Assembly: GCA_949293245.1 (NCBI GenBank)
Contig: CASFCS010000002.1
Location: 637-64,636 of the forward strand
Origin: an uncultured bacterium
GTDB lineage: Bacteria > Bacillota > Clostridia > Oscillospirales > Oscillospiraceae
DNA length: 64,000 nucleotides
Direction of reading: 5' to 3'
Of the stretch, positions 46,101-51,922 are shown piece after piece (position 1 is the first letter of the stretch; each line of letters starts with the position of its first letter). The translations under genes and the position numbers were made by a program. The notes below the pieces were generated by a model. The model saw nothing but the letters and a program-made list of their open reading frames with translations, was not told where the DNA came from and made no database searches.

Positions 46101-47397
46101 CCTCATTCCTGGTGATCACCGAGCTGCCGGCGCTCCAGCCGCCGATGATCAGGGTGGTGGCGGAGACCGAGTCGTTGTCGATCTGGGCAAACTCGCCGAA
46201 GGCGCAGCCGGCGGAGATCAGGCCGTTGCCCGCTCCGTCGTTCAGGGCCACATTCTCCATGCCGCCCACAGGGTTCAGGCTGCCGTCCTCCCCACAGGCC
46301 AGCAGGCTGAAGTGGGCCACGTTGTCGGCGTCGTTGTTGTTGGCCGGAGCGGAGGAGACCACCGCCATCTCGTCGCACAGGTTCCGGTCGATGTCCCCCA
46401 TGGCGATGGTGACCACCGGGTGCCTGACGATCTCCTCTTTCCAGTTGTTGTCGTTGTTATAGTCGATCCTGCTGTAGCTGCTGGCGTAGCCCGCGTCCAC
46501 GGCGATCTCCTGGGAAGGAACAGCCTGCCACTGACCCTTTCCGGTGGCGTAGAACACGTCCACCAGGGCGTAGCGCCGGCCGTCCCCGCCGTCTGTGTAC
46601 CGGCCGGTGTACACCGCCAGGTCGTCCAGGCCGTCGCCGTTCAGGTCGCCCGCCTCGATCTCGAAGTAGGCGTCCAGCTCCTGGACATAACGGCGGGTCA
46701 TGTAGGCCAGGTTGTTGCTGTAGAAGCTGCTGTCATCCAGCTTGGGGGTGAGGGTGGCGGCCTCAGTCCGGCTGCCGTCGTCGCCGATCTTGAACACGAC
46801 AACCTCCAGCTTGCCGGCGTAATCGTCTTTGCCGCCATGGGATGTGTACGACGTGTTCCCGTAGGCCCGCAGCTCGGCCACATAGTTGTCCTTGCCGTCG
46901 CCGCCGTCCAGCGCCACGCTGGTGGCGTAAATGCCGTTGAAGTCGTTGCCCTGGCTGGCCAGCACGTTTTCTCCCTTGTTGGAGCTCAGGCCGCTGGACA
47001 CGGTGTTGCCGTTCCCCGCCTTGATGCTGGAGGGGCTGCCGCCGTAAAAGGCATAGGCGCCGCTGTGCTGGTCCCGGGTGTTGTCGTGAATGTAGGGGTT
47101 CACGGTGTCCAGGCCGTCCCGGAGGGTGTACCGGTTGCCGTGGGCGGCGTTCAGGGCCACATATACCTCCCGGGCGGCGATGCTGGTGGCCACGCCGTCC
47201 TCTTTGAAGGGGGCGGTGACGGAATCGGCCGCCGCGTCCTCGTCGGCGTACAGGTTCAGACCCAGGGCCTCGTAGGTGCTCTGGTCGATCTCCTTCTCCG
47301 CGCTTTTCTCCTCCGCCGCGGCGGGCAGGGTGATAACCGGGATCATGGAGATGATCATGGCCGCTGCCAGCAGGGCGCTGAGTAGTCGCTTTTTCAT
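37153..47397 (-). CDS. Giant (~3,414 aa) secreted, SLH-anchored cell-surface protein
   Basis: ATG 47397 follows GAGGAGGAAACGT. The signal peptide is MKKRLLSALLAAAMIISMIPVITLPAAAEE. It has FG-GAP/VCBS-like motifs (GDLNGDGLDDLAVY, GDIDRNLCDEMAVV, CGDLDGSNV) and one FN3 domain. A dozen or more ~80-aa modules carry GY.(V/I)..W.VNG signatures (InlB-B-repeat-like). Three SLH repeats close the C-terminus. The track ORF start (47502) is an upstream extension. Confidence 0.9.
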   Translation of the reverse strand: MKKRLLSALLAAAMIISMIPVITLPAAAEEKSAEKEIDQSTYEALGLNLYADEDAAADSVTAPFKEDGVATSIAAREVYVALNAAHGNRYTLRDGLDTVNPYIHDNTRDQHSGAYAFYGGSPSSIKAGNGNTVSSGLSSNKGENVLASQGNDFNGIYATSVALDGGDGKDNYVAELRAYGNTSYTSHGGKDDYAGKLEVVVFKIGDDGSRTEAATLTPKLDDSSFYSNNLAYMTRRYVQELDAYFEIEAGDLNGDGLDDLAVYTGRYTDGGDGRRYALVDVFYATGKGQWQAVPSQEIAVDAGYASSYSRIDYNNDNNWKEEIVRHPVVTIAMGDIDRNLCDEMAVVSSAPANNNDADNVAHFSLLACGEDGSLNPVGGMENVALNDGAGNGLISAGCAFGEFAQIDNDSVSATTLIIGGWSAGSSVITRNEASAGYSQGAYYYVYYDYTTGQYVQSGYRSKDLGGNTKSISQVFNLEGQENGGNGVRVYPTLAPMAVACGDLDGSNVQSVSDQVLFGTQVMQFSLETGFGSELFSFDFCMTQVDDKNNNRDKEQPWIGDVVVGTVDSDPSENGWREMFLFVTGVHRKSEINTSDDYYYMDLGAIWRRETASEDEADKGYFILFEGVMAKSNARNDTYGTFVSLALPDVGNDSVVMKFVDKGIIYTDPEVFAVLQASPYFSDLEEVYGYIGNGGTSYGESQGSSTTGGASISGSYGFYHSATVQAVAAAEYEFSLVATASYDYSYSSDKETAISYNNQAGGGDKVVVYTVPNVLYIYEVYTPGTSEASGTWDQVVMTTPLQAVVTMLDVDAYDEVAASTAGLEPVRGNILYSTPGQPETYVNNQPAGETEGSYGTYAQSSSAGSGSDITQEFSFSETDEHSFSVGFDFNFKVGAGGGGLGNELMFGAMGNIAASGSGGWSRTEGTSFSGTVDALPEEATNYGFSWKLLVNRATLGGNDVWVVGYDVINVVQPPRMPQNLTVTQAGTDYVDLEWESGGNASSYILYQKTTTGNYNQVAVLPYTAESYRHEGRNPNTTYTYAIQAISSSGVGSIYSPDVTATTMSDNASFSIVEHPGDAHAHAGGSAQFEARGSGQGGYGTVGYEWQVNETGRAAGWKKVSETGVTGAASTGLTLNNVTQEMDGWQYRCRIYYDQYELFTAPATLIVNKADSRITMSILDGDSQVTGNTVLSAKGSVITTGEGTVSGRKAVSVTKDNKTYTLLTAKVSDQTYYYWFDGTNYYAAKALPTVSDGLFGTDAAFNADNIGIQQTLTATDYTTTIGGEEVELSGPTEIPEEEQNITIPDPEGGDSYTAKRSWTGDGCTVYEATRTVDGVVETETFYTAGGSTYTVCTVTYTNVITVQAAGDETPAVTLDVSTLATAFQATTSTTTTTQTHTSDGKAYTLTATPAATSSGSASITGTGNRVYFSISNGSSGETVEAVWDDTEKCYAAQWTPTLTGKLTITAVFAGNDLYLSSQSTPATVYSAVQVANMATSSLSMSAPTNMLYWQAGTLAVTKLTVSERGTASSADVTASADYTVEKRGSNGEYATAENTDYTLNGGSFTPLAVGTFRITAKNDNLTASAVISVGKATLTLAAQDTKRAVNGSEREPADVTITTNNGQTVSLTKGIDYTVTSDGTTATIPGTYPIQVALVDTSDTVNGHQANYNIITQGATYTLTSKAYPVTATAGANGSVSISYQADGNSATVPVQSGTNLPEGSQVTVTAVPATGYVVSCWMVNGAYVTELGGSLVTSSTYTISSLDEEYTISVEFALGSSKLTYGAANADDAGEAHGQVTAYYVEGGVQGNTCASGNAVNYNQTVRVAALPEEDYTVHHWTVQKGDDEAQTLMAPDGVSYFTGESSDFSQFSEDMTVTVYFTKEETLPVTIKPVDNGGAPLVNATVTVNGTPLTWDGEKNAFVYEGKTGENLTITVTPPSGVLVQEWTVGEGQTTGSLSNQSQTMTLYNLQSVTDFTVKCAALNTFQVEFGGALEGGDFGDTVGSVTAAKIGATGTNLTSGQEQTQGSAILFTAAAKDGYEIAGWTVNGEAIQATGELNSQTWQIPNLSGDVSVEVTFRAKPVVTITQPDNGTIAVTGTVNGVADQTVTDSGYVDYGTDLTVTVTPADSHVVTKICNTEVNTGKVNGSQSNTVQNVTAGQTISAELTAKPTVTISQPSNGEIAVTGTVNGAEKTLTNGDYVDFGSSVIVTATPGVGYVADTINGESVNENKTNGPKTSTVPVPENGLTVTAVFQGKPVVTINTADGGTVEAKGTTDGAEKTLTDGDYVDFDTDVLVTLSPDKGYVVADSIAAGYTDGTGETTDDKTYIISNVQGDRTITPVWTELNAHAITFSVVDTNGEEEGGTNGTLSAVAERKGMDAYKQDAFTSGTSIFKDSTVTLTATPDEGYRVQAWTWVNDQGEVETIKTQDGSANYIGTTLRLATENLSRAHTITVEYTYVGSSVTFGAVNGTITSAQLGGNEIHSGATLNPGATVTITAQGNPGYEIQHWTVNGVEQADSASDTFTYTAPENGTIGAVINAVYQQVEYDVSWTAGSHGSVSANGYTGDSAKIRGGTSVTFNAVPEDGYQISGWTVNGQKVENAAGSSFTWTVPNGMAETEPVSSYVIGVTFTGGSYTLIYDQPANGTLTAPVESNSTVTGGTQVTFTAEPDEGYQVFYWTVNGQRVDSTSTSHTVTIESNTIVSVTMASTTHTVTFSANQGGSVTCEQGESPVTVNHGGNVTLTATADPYYDLIHWLVNGAETAGKVGEPLVLDNITEDMTVEAVFAQQVSYNVKFSVNGSGGSLSATADGSAFTPGENGQPLPGGSKLVFTAAPDEGKAVKVWTVNGQVQDNLSNTLTIDSLSEITTVTVEFEDLTLYSLPESTENYTITDIVKDPADYGGANQIREGGDVTFTVKPAEGETITALTVNNGGTASQNADGSWTVTVENVQENINLTATVVSGIPLVITETANGTITVKRNDETLSSGAALQENDQLVITAAANSGYTLKSLTVNGTSVTSGSTYTVQDTDHVTIAATFEKESTGGGIGGGSIVAPDDGPSTDGSNGWDEILEELEKAEEGDTIVIDMGGETILPGEILDTIAGKDVTVDLEMGDDLKWTIKGEDLPTGTDFDDLDMGVTMGTDGIPVDVINTITGERSTVQVTLAHDGTFGFKLTLTAPLGEENGGYWANLYHYDEAEGRVRFESAGRISTHGTASLPITHASQYVIVIDNKSHALPFTDVEEDDWFREAVEFVYRSDLMAGVSGTLFAPNMSTTRAMIVTILYRLEGEPAVTGVSSFTDVPEDTWYTQAVKWGEESGVINGYGHGLFGPEDDITREQMATILYRYAAYKGYDVSGRGDLSAFRDGDSVGFWAVNGLSWALDAGLMAGMGNSTLAPQGEATRAQIATILMRFVGAITR
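37156..37710 (-). other. Triple SLH (S-layer homology) cell-wall anchoring region of the giant protein
   Basis: FTDVEEDDWFREAVEFVYRSDLMAGVSGTLFAP..., FTDVPEDTWYTQAVKWGEESGVINGYGHGLFGP... and FRDGDSVGFWAVNGLSWALDAGLMAGMGNSTLAP... Confidence 0.85.
40385..41170 (-). repeat. Three tandem in-frame ~262-nt (87-88 codon) coding repeats
   Basis: The protein repeats start KPVVTITQPDNGTIAVTGTVNG..., KPTVTISQPSNGEIAVTGTVNG... and KPVVTINTADGGTVEAKGTTDG... Boundaries are read from the rc of 41170, 40908 and 40645 and are approximate. Confidence 0.7.
44215..44480 (-). other. Fibronectin type III domain of the giant protein
   Basis: PQNLTVTQAGTDYVDLEWESGGNASSYILYQKTTTGNYNQVAVLPYTAESYRHEGRNPNTTYTYAIQAISSSGVGSIYSPDVTATT. 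Coordinates are approximate. Confidence 0.75.
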
Positions 47398-47452
47398 ACG
47401 TTTCCTCCTCATCTTTTCTGAAATACAGGGAGTGTTCTTCCTGAAGCGGTCC

Positions 47453-47845
47453 CTATCCCTCCATCTGCCAGGGACCGGCCCGGCTCTCCAGCGCCCGGGC
47501 AAAGGCCCGGCGCATACTCACCTGGGAGACCGGCTTTCTTCCGAACCAGGCCACACCCCAGGCGTAGGCCCGCATGGCAAAATCCAAATCGGAAAACCAG
47601 AGGACCGGGGCTGCGGGGCTGTTGTGGCGCAGGAAATCCACCACCTCCAGGCTGAAGGTGCCATCCTCCGCCACCACCAGCAGGTCAAAGGCGTCCGGCC
47701 GGTCCAGCACCAGCTGATAGAGCGCCTCATGCCCGTTGTAGACGGTGATCTTTGCCGGGCGCAGGTACTCCCGGGCACACTGGTGGAGATATTTTGTTAA
47801 TATCTGACTCTCCTCCGCACAGCTGTTATACAAGGCGATGCGCAT
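47453..47845 (-). CDS. Stand-alone receiver-like (pseudo-receiver) protein, 130 aa
   Basis: From ATG 47845 (SD GAGGTGG): MRIALYNSCAEES...FDLLVVAEDGTFSLEVVDFLR...VLWFSDLD...FGRKPVS. It has a CheY-like beta/alpha pattern with the conserved S/T and K-P. The N-terminal acidic pair is replaced (NS). It ends 55 nt upstream of the giant gene on the same strand. Confidence 0.6.
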   Translation of the reverse strand: MRIALYNSCAEESQILTKYLHQCAREYLRPAKITVYNGHEALYQLVLDRPDAFDLLVVAEDGTFSLEVVDFLRHNSPAAPVLWFSDLDFAMRAYAWGVAWFGRKPVSQVSMRRAFARALESRAGPWQMEG

Positions 47846-47889
47846 CTCACATCCCACCTCTCAAAAACCGCAAAATCCGTCAGGGCATA

Positions 47890-47926
47890 CCACCGCATTT
47901 TCCTGTTATGTATCATCTCTTTCGCC
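47890..47926 (-). promoter_or_regulatory. Candidate promoter for the pseudo-receiver/giant-protein transcript
   Basis: Minus strand: TTGACA (rc 47921-47926), 18-bp spacer, TACATA. The -35 lies 6 bp from the first 12-bp repeat. Confidence 0.45.
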
Positions 47927-47932
47927 CCTGTG

Positions 47933-47964
47933 TCAATCTGCTCTGCACAAGATGCGAAAAAACT
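47933..47964. promoter_or_regulatory. Pair of perfect 12-bp direct repeats (candidate LytTR-regulator binding site)
   Basis: CTGCACAAGATG occurs at 47933-47944 and again at 47953-47964, a 20-bp period. The pair sits between divergent promoters and ends 25 bp upstream of the extended -10 TGgTACAAT (TACAAT at 47990-47995) of the RR/HK operon. Confidence 0.5.
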
Positions 47965-48031
47965 GCACAAGATGTATTTCTTCCCAGAAATGTATGTGGT
48001 ACAATGGAAAAAAACGAAAGGTGGCTTTGGC

Positions 48032-48754
48032 ATGCGCCTTGCCATTGTGGACGACAATGCCGCCGATCGGGAACGGCTGTGCGCCCTCCTGCTCCGCTGG
48101 GCCGACGAGTCCGCCGTGCCGCTGGCGCCGCCGCCGGCAGAGTTTTCGGACGGGGAGACCTTTTTGTCGGGTTTTGTTCCCGGCCGTTTTGATATTGTTT
48201 TCCTGGATATTTATATGGACAACCTGGACGGTATGGAGACCGCCCGGCAGCTTCGGGCGCAGGACCCCCGGTGCCGTCTGGTATTCACCACCACCTCCAC
48301 GGAGTTTGCGGTAGACAGCTATGAGGTGGATGCGGCCTACTACCTGGTTAAGCCCTTTTCTTATGGACGGCTGTGCCAGGCCATGGAGCGGTGCGGCATC
48401 AGCCTGTTGGAGCTGGGACAGGCTGTAATCCTCCCCGGCGGGGAACGGCTTCCCCTCCACCCCATTGTCTATACGGAGTATCAAAACCGGCATGTGGTGG
48501 TCCACAATATGGACGGGACCACTCGGGAGGTGGCCATGAGTCAGGGGGATTTTTCCGCCCTGCTGCTGACCTACCCCTACTTCTGCGACTGCTTCAAGGG
48601 CATCCTGGTGAATTTTGAAGCGGTGGACAAGCTGCTCACCGACCGTTTTGTGCTGAAGGAGGGCAGTACGGTGCCCATCAGCCGGCTGAAATACCGACAG
48701 GTGCGGGAGCAGTTCCTTCGGTTTACTTACATTTGTACGAGAGGGGACAGCTGA
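48032..48754 (+). CDS. LytTR-family response regulator
   Basis: MRLAIVDDNAADRERL...IVFLDIYMDNLDGMETAR...AYYLVKPF is an intact receiver. The C-terminal LytTR domain is ...IVYTEYQNRHVVVHNMDG...FCDCFKGILVNFEAVDKL... Confidence 0.9.
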   Translation: MRLAIVDDNAADRERLCALLLRWADESAVPLAPPPAEFSDGETFLSGFVPGRFDIVFLDIYMDNLDGMETARQLRAQDPRCRLVFTTTSTEFAVDSYEVDAAYYLVKPFSYGRLCQAMERCGISLLELGQAVILPGGERLPLHPIVYTEYQNRHVVVHNMDGTTREVAMSQGDFSALLLTYPYFCDCFKGILVNFEAVDKLLTDRFVLKEGSTVPISRLKYRQVREQFLRFTYICTRGDS

Positions 48755-50064
48755 TGGATTGGTTTCCTGCCGCTTTGGAGAACACGGTGGTCATTCCCGC
48801 GGCCATATTGTGCGTCCTGCCTGTGAAAGAGCACCTTCGCATCTCCCCCGTCAGACTGGCTGCCCTGGGCATTCCCTTCCTGTTGGGGTGGTCCGCTCTG
48901 GGCGGTATGGTATGCGCCGCCTTTTCCCTCAGCGGCAACGCCTGGCTGTTCCCCTGGCTGGTGGTATTCGCCCTGGCCTTCCGAAAATCCACAGACCTGC
49001 CGGGCTGGAAGTCTGTCAGCGTCCTGCTGGCGGTGTGCGGCGTGCTCTCCTGCCTGTGCGGGGTCTCCTCCACAGTGGACGCCATGTATTCCCCCCATGG
49101 CACGCTCCCCTACCTGGGCCTTCCGGGGGCCCTCACCTATGTGGCGCTGAGCTGGCTGTTTTTGTTCGTGATATGGTATCCCGCCACCCACGCCGCCCGG
49201 TGGCTTTTGAACGCGGTGGAGATGCCCAATGTCTGGTATGTATTCTGGGTTTTGCCCGTGGTATTCGTACTGATCAATGTATATATCCAGCCTGAGGACT
49301 ACGACACCCTTCGGATGGGACGTATGATGTTGATCTACCCCACTATGTCCCTGGTGCTGTTGGGGCTGCTGCTTTTCTTTTATCTTCTCTTCTACCTGAT
49401 GACCCGGGGCATGATGAAAACCATGCAGCTCACCCGGGAAAATGAGATCCTTCAGATGCAGACCGCCCAATACCGCAGCCTGCAGAAGAACATGGAGGAG
49501 ACACGCCGGGCCCGGCACGACCTGCGCCAGCACTTTATCGCCCTTCAGGGCTGTGTCAACAGCGGCAGTCTCCAGGCAGTGGATGCCTATGTCCGGGCCC
49601 ATCTGGAGGGGCTGCCCCTTGAGTCCCCCCTGGTTTATTGCAAAAATTTTGCCCTCAACGCGGTGCTTCACCACTACAGCGAGCTGACCATGGAGGCGGG
49701 CATCGACCTGGAGTGCTCTGTCCACATGGACCAGACGCCGGTGATCCCGGAGCCGGAGCTGTGTGTTCTGGTGGGCAACCTGCTGGAAAACGCCCTGGAG
49801 GCCTGTGTCAGGCTGAACCCGGAGCGGGACCGGACCATCCGGGTGGTCATCCGGCAGAAGAGTGCCTCCATGCTGGCCATTACGGTGGACAACCCCTGCC
49901 CCCAGCCCCCCCAGCGCCAGGGGGACAAGCTCCGTTCCACCAAGCACCGGGGGCTGGGCTTCGGCACCCAGTCCATCCAGGTCATCGCCGAGCACTACAA
50001 CGGGGACGCCCGGTTCGAGTGGCGGGAGGGCATGTTTTATGCCTCGGTGCTTCTCAATCCCTGA
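48754..50064 (+). CDS. AgrC-like (HPK10-type) membrane sensor histidine kinase
   Basis: It has 6-7 N-terminal TM segments, the H-box ARHDLRQHFIAL, the N-box LVGNLLENALEA and the G-box HRGLGFGTQSI. The ATG overlaps the RR stop (TGATG). Confidence 0.88.
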   Translation: MDWFPAALENTVVIPAAILCVLPVKEHLRISPVRLAALGIPFLLGWSALGGMVCAAFSLSGNAWLFPWLVVFALAFRKSTDLPGWKSVSVLLAVCGVLSCLCGVSSTVDAMYSPHGTLPYLGLPGALTYVALSWLFLFVIWYPATHAARWLLNAVEMPNVWYVFWVLPVVFVLINVYIQPEDYDTLRMGRMMLIYPTMSLVLLGLLLFFYLLFYLMTRGMMKTMQLTRENEILQMQTAQYRSLQKNMEETRRARHDLRQHFIALQGCVNSGSLQAVDAYVRAHLEGLPLESPLVYCKNFALNAVLHHYSELTMEAGIDLECSVHMDQTPVIPEPELCVLVGNLLENALEACVRLNPERDRTIRVVIRQKSASMLAITVDNPCPQPPQRQGDKLRSTKHRGLGFGTQSIQVIAEHYNGDARFEWREGMFYASVLLNP

Positions 50065-50076
50065 ATATGAAGTCAA

Positions 50077-50126
50077 AAGCCCCGCGGAGCAGAGAGTCTG
50101 TTGTGCTCTCCGCCCCGCGGGGCTTT
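50077..50126. terminator. Bidirectional intrinsic terminator (HK / ABC ATPase)
   Basis: AAAGCCCCGCGG...CCGCGGGGCTTT stem between convergent genes. Confidence 0.75.
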
Positions 50127-50146
50127 GTCGTCTATGGGGTTTTCTC

Positions 50147-50950
50147 CTATTCCGACAGGAGGATGCGGTCGTTGTCCAGCTCCCGGCCGGTACCCGCCCG
50201 GAAGCGGGAGAGCAGGTCCTCCACCGTGAGGCCCTCCCGCTCCTCCCCGGCAATGTCCAGCACGATCTTCCCCCCGGCCATCATCAGGGTGCGGTTGCCC
50301 AGGGAGAGGGCGTTGTGCATGTTGTGGGTCACCATCAGACAGGTGATGCCCTCCCGGGCCACGATCTCCCGGGTGAGGGAGAGCACTTTCTGGGCGGTGG
50401 CAGGGTCCAGGGCGGCGGTGTGCTCATCCAGCAGCAGCAGCTTGGGGGGCACCATGGTGGCCATCAGCAGGGTGAGGGCCTGGCGCTGTCCCCCTGAGAG
50501 AAGGCCCACCGGCTGCTTCATCCGGTCCTCCAGCCCCATGTCCAGCAGGGAAAGCTGGTAGCGGAACATCTCCCGCTCCTGCCGGGTGACCCGGCTGAAA
50601 AAGGCCCGCTGGTGCTTGGCGGTGCGCAGGTAGGCCAGGGAGAGGTTCTCCTCGATGGTCATATGGGGAGCGGTGCCCTTCATGGGGTCCTGGAACAGCC
50701 GCCCCATCTCCCGGCTGCGGCGGTACTCGGGCTTGAAGGTGATATCCTCCCCCGCCAGCTCCACTGAGCCGCTGTCCACATAGAAGACACCGGCGATGGC
50801 GTTGAACAATGTGGATTTCCCCGCCCCGTTGGAGCCCACGATGGTGACGAAGTCCCCGCTGTCCAGATGGAGGGATAGGTCAACCAGGGCCTTCTTTTCG
50901 TTGACGGTGCCCGGGTTGAAGGTCTTGGAGATATGCTTGAGGTCCAGCAT
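50147..50950 (-). CDS. ABC transporter ATP-binding protein (TrpZ-type, COG1101-like)
   Basis: From ATG 50950: MLDLKHISKTFNPGTVNEKKALVDLSLHLDSGDFVTIVGSNGAGKSTL..., signature LSGGQRQAL, Walker B LLLLDEHTAALD. Confidence 0.9.
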   Translation of the reverse strand: MLDLKHISKTFNPGTVNEKKALVDLSLHLDSGDFVTIVGSNGAGKSTLFNAIAGVFYVDSGSVELAGEDITFKPEYRRSREMGRLFQDPMKGTAPHMTIEENLSLAYLRTAKHQRAFFSRVTRQEREMFRYQLSLLDMGLEDRMKQPVGLLSGGQRQALTLLMATMVPPKLLLLDEHTAALDPATAQKVLSLTREIVAREGITCLMVTHNMHNALSLGNRTLMMAGGKIVLDIAGEEREGLTVEDLLSRFRAGTGRELDNDRILLSE

Positions 50951-50951
50951 G

Positions 50952-51860
50952 TCACACCCCTCCCTTCCGGCCAGCAGCCAGCTTGCGCTTCTGGAAGGCC
51001 GCCCACTTCTTGATGGTGGGGGCGGCGATGGCCAGGGCCACAATGACGGCGGTGAGGAGCTTCAGGCAGTCCACCGGCACCACCTTGGTGTAAAACACGA
51101 TGGCGTAGATAAAGCGGTAGATCACCGAGCCCACCATCACGGCAATGACCCCCTTCACCACGGTGCGGCGGCCCAGCACCGTCTCGCCGATGATGAGGCA
51201 GGCCAGGCCGATGACCACGATGCCTGTGCCCGAGTTGATGTCCACCGTGCGCTGGTACTGGCCCACCATGGCCCCGGACAGGGCGGTGAGGGCGTTGGCC
51301 ACGCACAGCCCCACAGTGATGGTAAAGGTGGGGTTGATGGAGGAGGCCCGCACCATGTCCCGGTTGTCCCCGGTGGCCCGGATGGAGAGGCCCAGCCGGG
51401 TGCCCAGGAACAAGAGGAGGAGCACCCCCGCCAGGATGGTGACCCCGGCGGCCAGCACCAGCTTGTGCCACTCCCCGGCAAAGCCCGTGTCCCGCAGGAG
51501 GGTGAAGATGGTGTCCACCCCCAGCAGGCTGGAGTTGGACTTCCACCCCATGGCCATGAGGTTGACGGTGTACAGCCCCGTGTTGGTGACGATGCCCGCC
51601 AGAATGGAGGGCACCCCCAGCCGGGTCTGGAGGAAGGCAGTGACAAAGCCGGCGCAGGCCCCCGCGGCCATGGCGGCGGGGATGGCCAGGAATGGGTGGC
51701 CCGCAGCGGCCACGGTGACGGACACGGCGGCCCCCAGCACAAAGCAGCCGTCGGTGGTCAGGTCGGCGATGTCCAGAATGCGGTAGCTCAGGAACAGCGC
51801 CATGGCCACCAGGGCGTACAGGAATCCCAGCTCCAGGGCGGTTTGGGTAATGAGCAGCAA
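50952..51860 (-). CDS. ABC transporter permease (TrpY-type, COG4120-like)
   Basis: 302-aa polytopic protein: MLLITQTALELGFLYALVAMALFLSYRILDIADLTTDGCFVLGA... Confidence 0.85.
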   Translation of the reverse strand: MLLITQTALELGFLYALVAMALFLSYRILDIADLTTDGCFVLGAAVSVTVAAAGHPFLAIPAAMAAGACAGFVTAFLQTRLGVPSILAGIVTNTGLYTVNLMAMGWKSNSSLLGVDTIFTLLRDTGFAGEWHKLVLAAGVTILAGVLLLLFLGTRLGLSIRATGDNRDMVRASSINPTFTITVGLCVANALTALSGAMVGQYQRTVDINSGTGIVVIGLACLIIGETVLGRRTVVKGVIAVMVGSVIYRFIYAIVFYTKVVPVDCLKLLTAVIVALAIAAPTIKKWAAFQKRKLAAGRKGGV

Positions 51861-51922
51861 GGATCTTCTCTCCCTTCATGCCGATACCCCCGGCGCTCTG
51901 CCGGGGGTCGGCGGTTGGCGGA

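Noticed and set aside
37912-47385. Plus-strand ORFs 37912-39501 (529 aa), 39982-45159 (1725 aa) and 45241-47385 (714 aa)
   Set aside because: All are antisense to the giant SLH gene. That gene's minus-strand frame carries a signal peptide, FN3, SLH and repeat modules. The plus frames are Gly/Val/Ala/Asp-rich nonsense without start signals.
47846-50146. Search for agrB/agrD-like genes or a short signal-peptide precursor next to the AgrC-like kinase
   Set aside because: There is no additional ORF with an SD in the 186-bp upstream region or in the 82 bp after the kinase gene, which is occupied by a terminator. The autoinducer, if any, must be encoded elsewhere.
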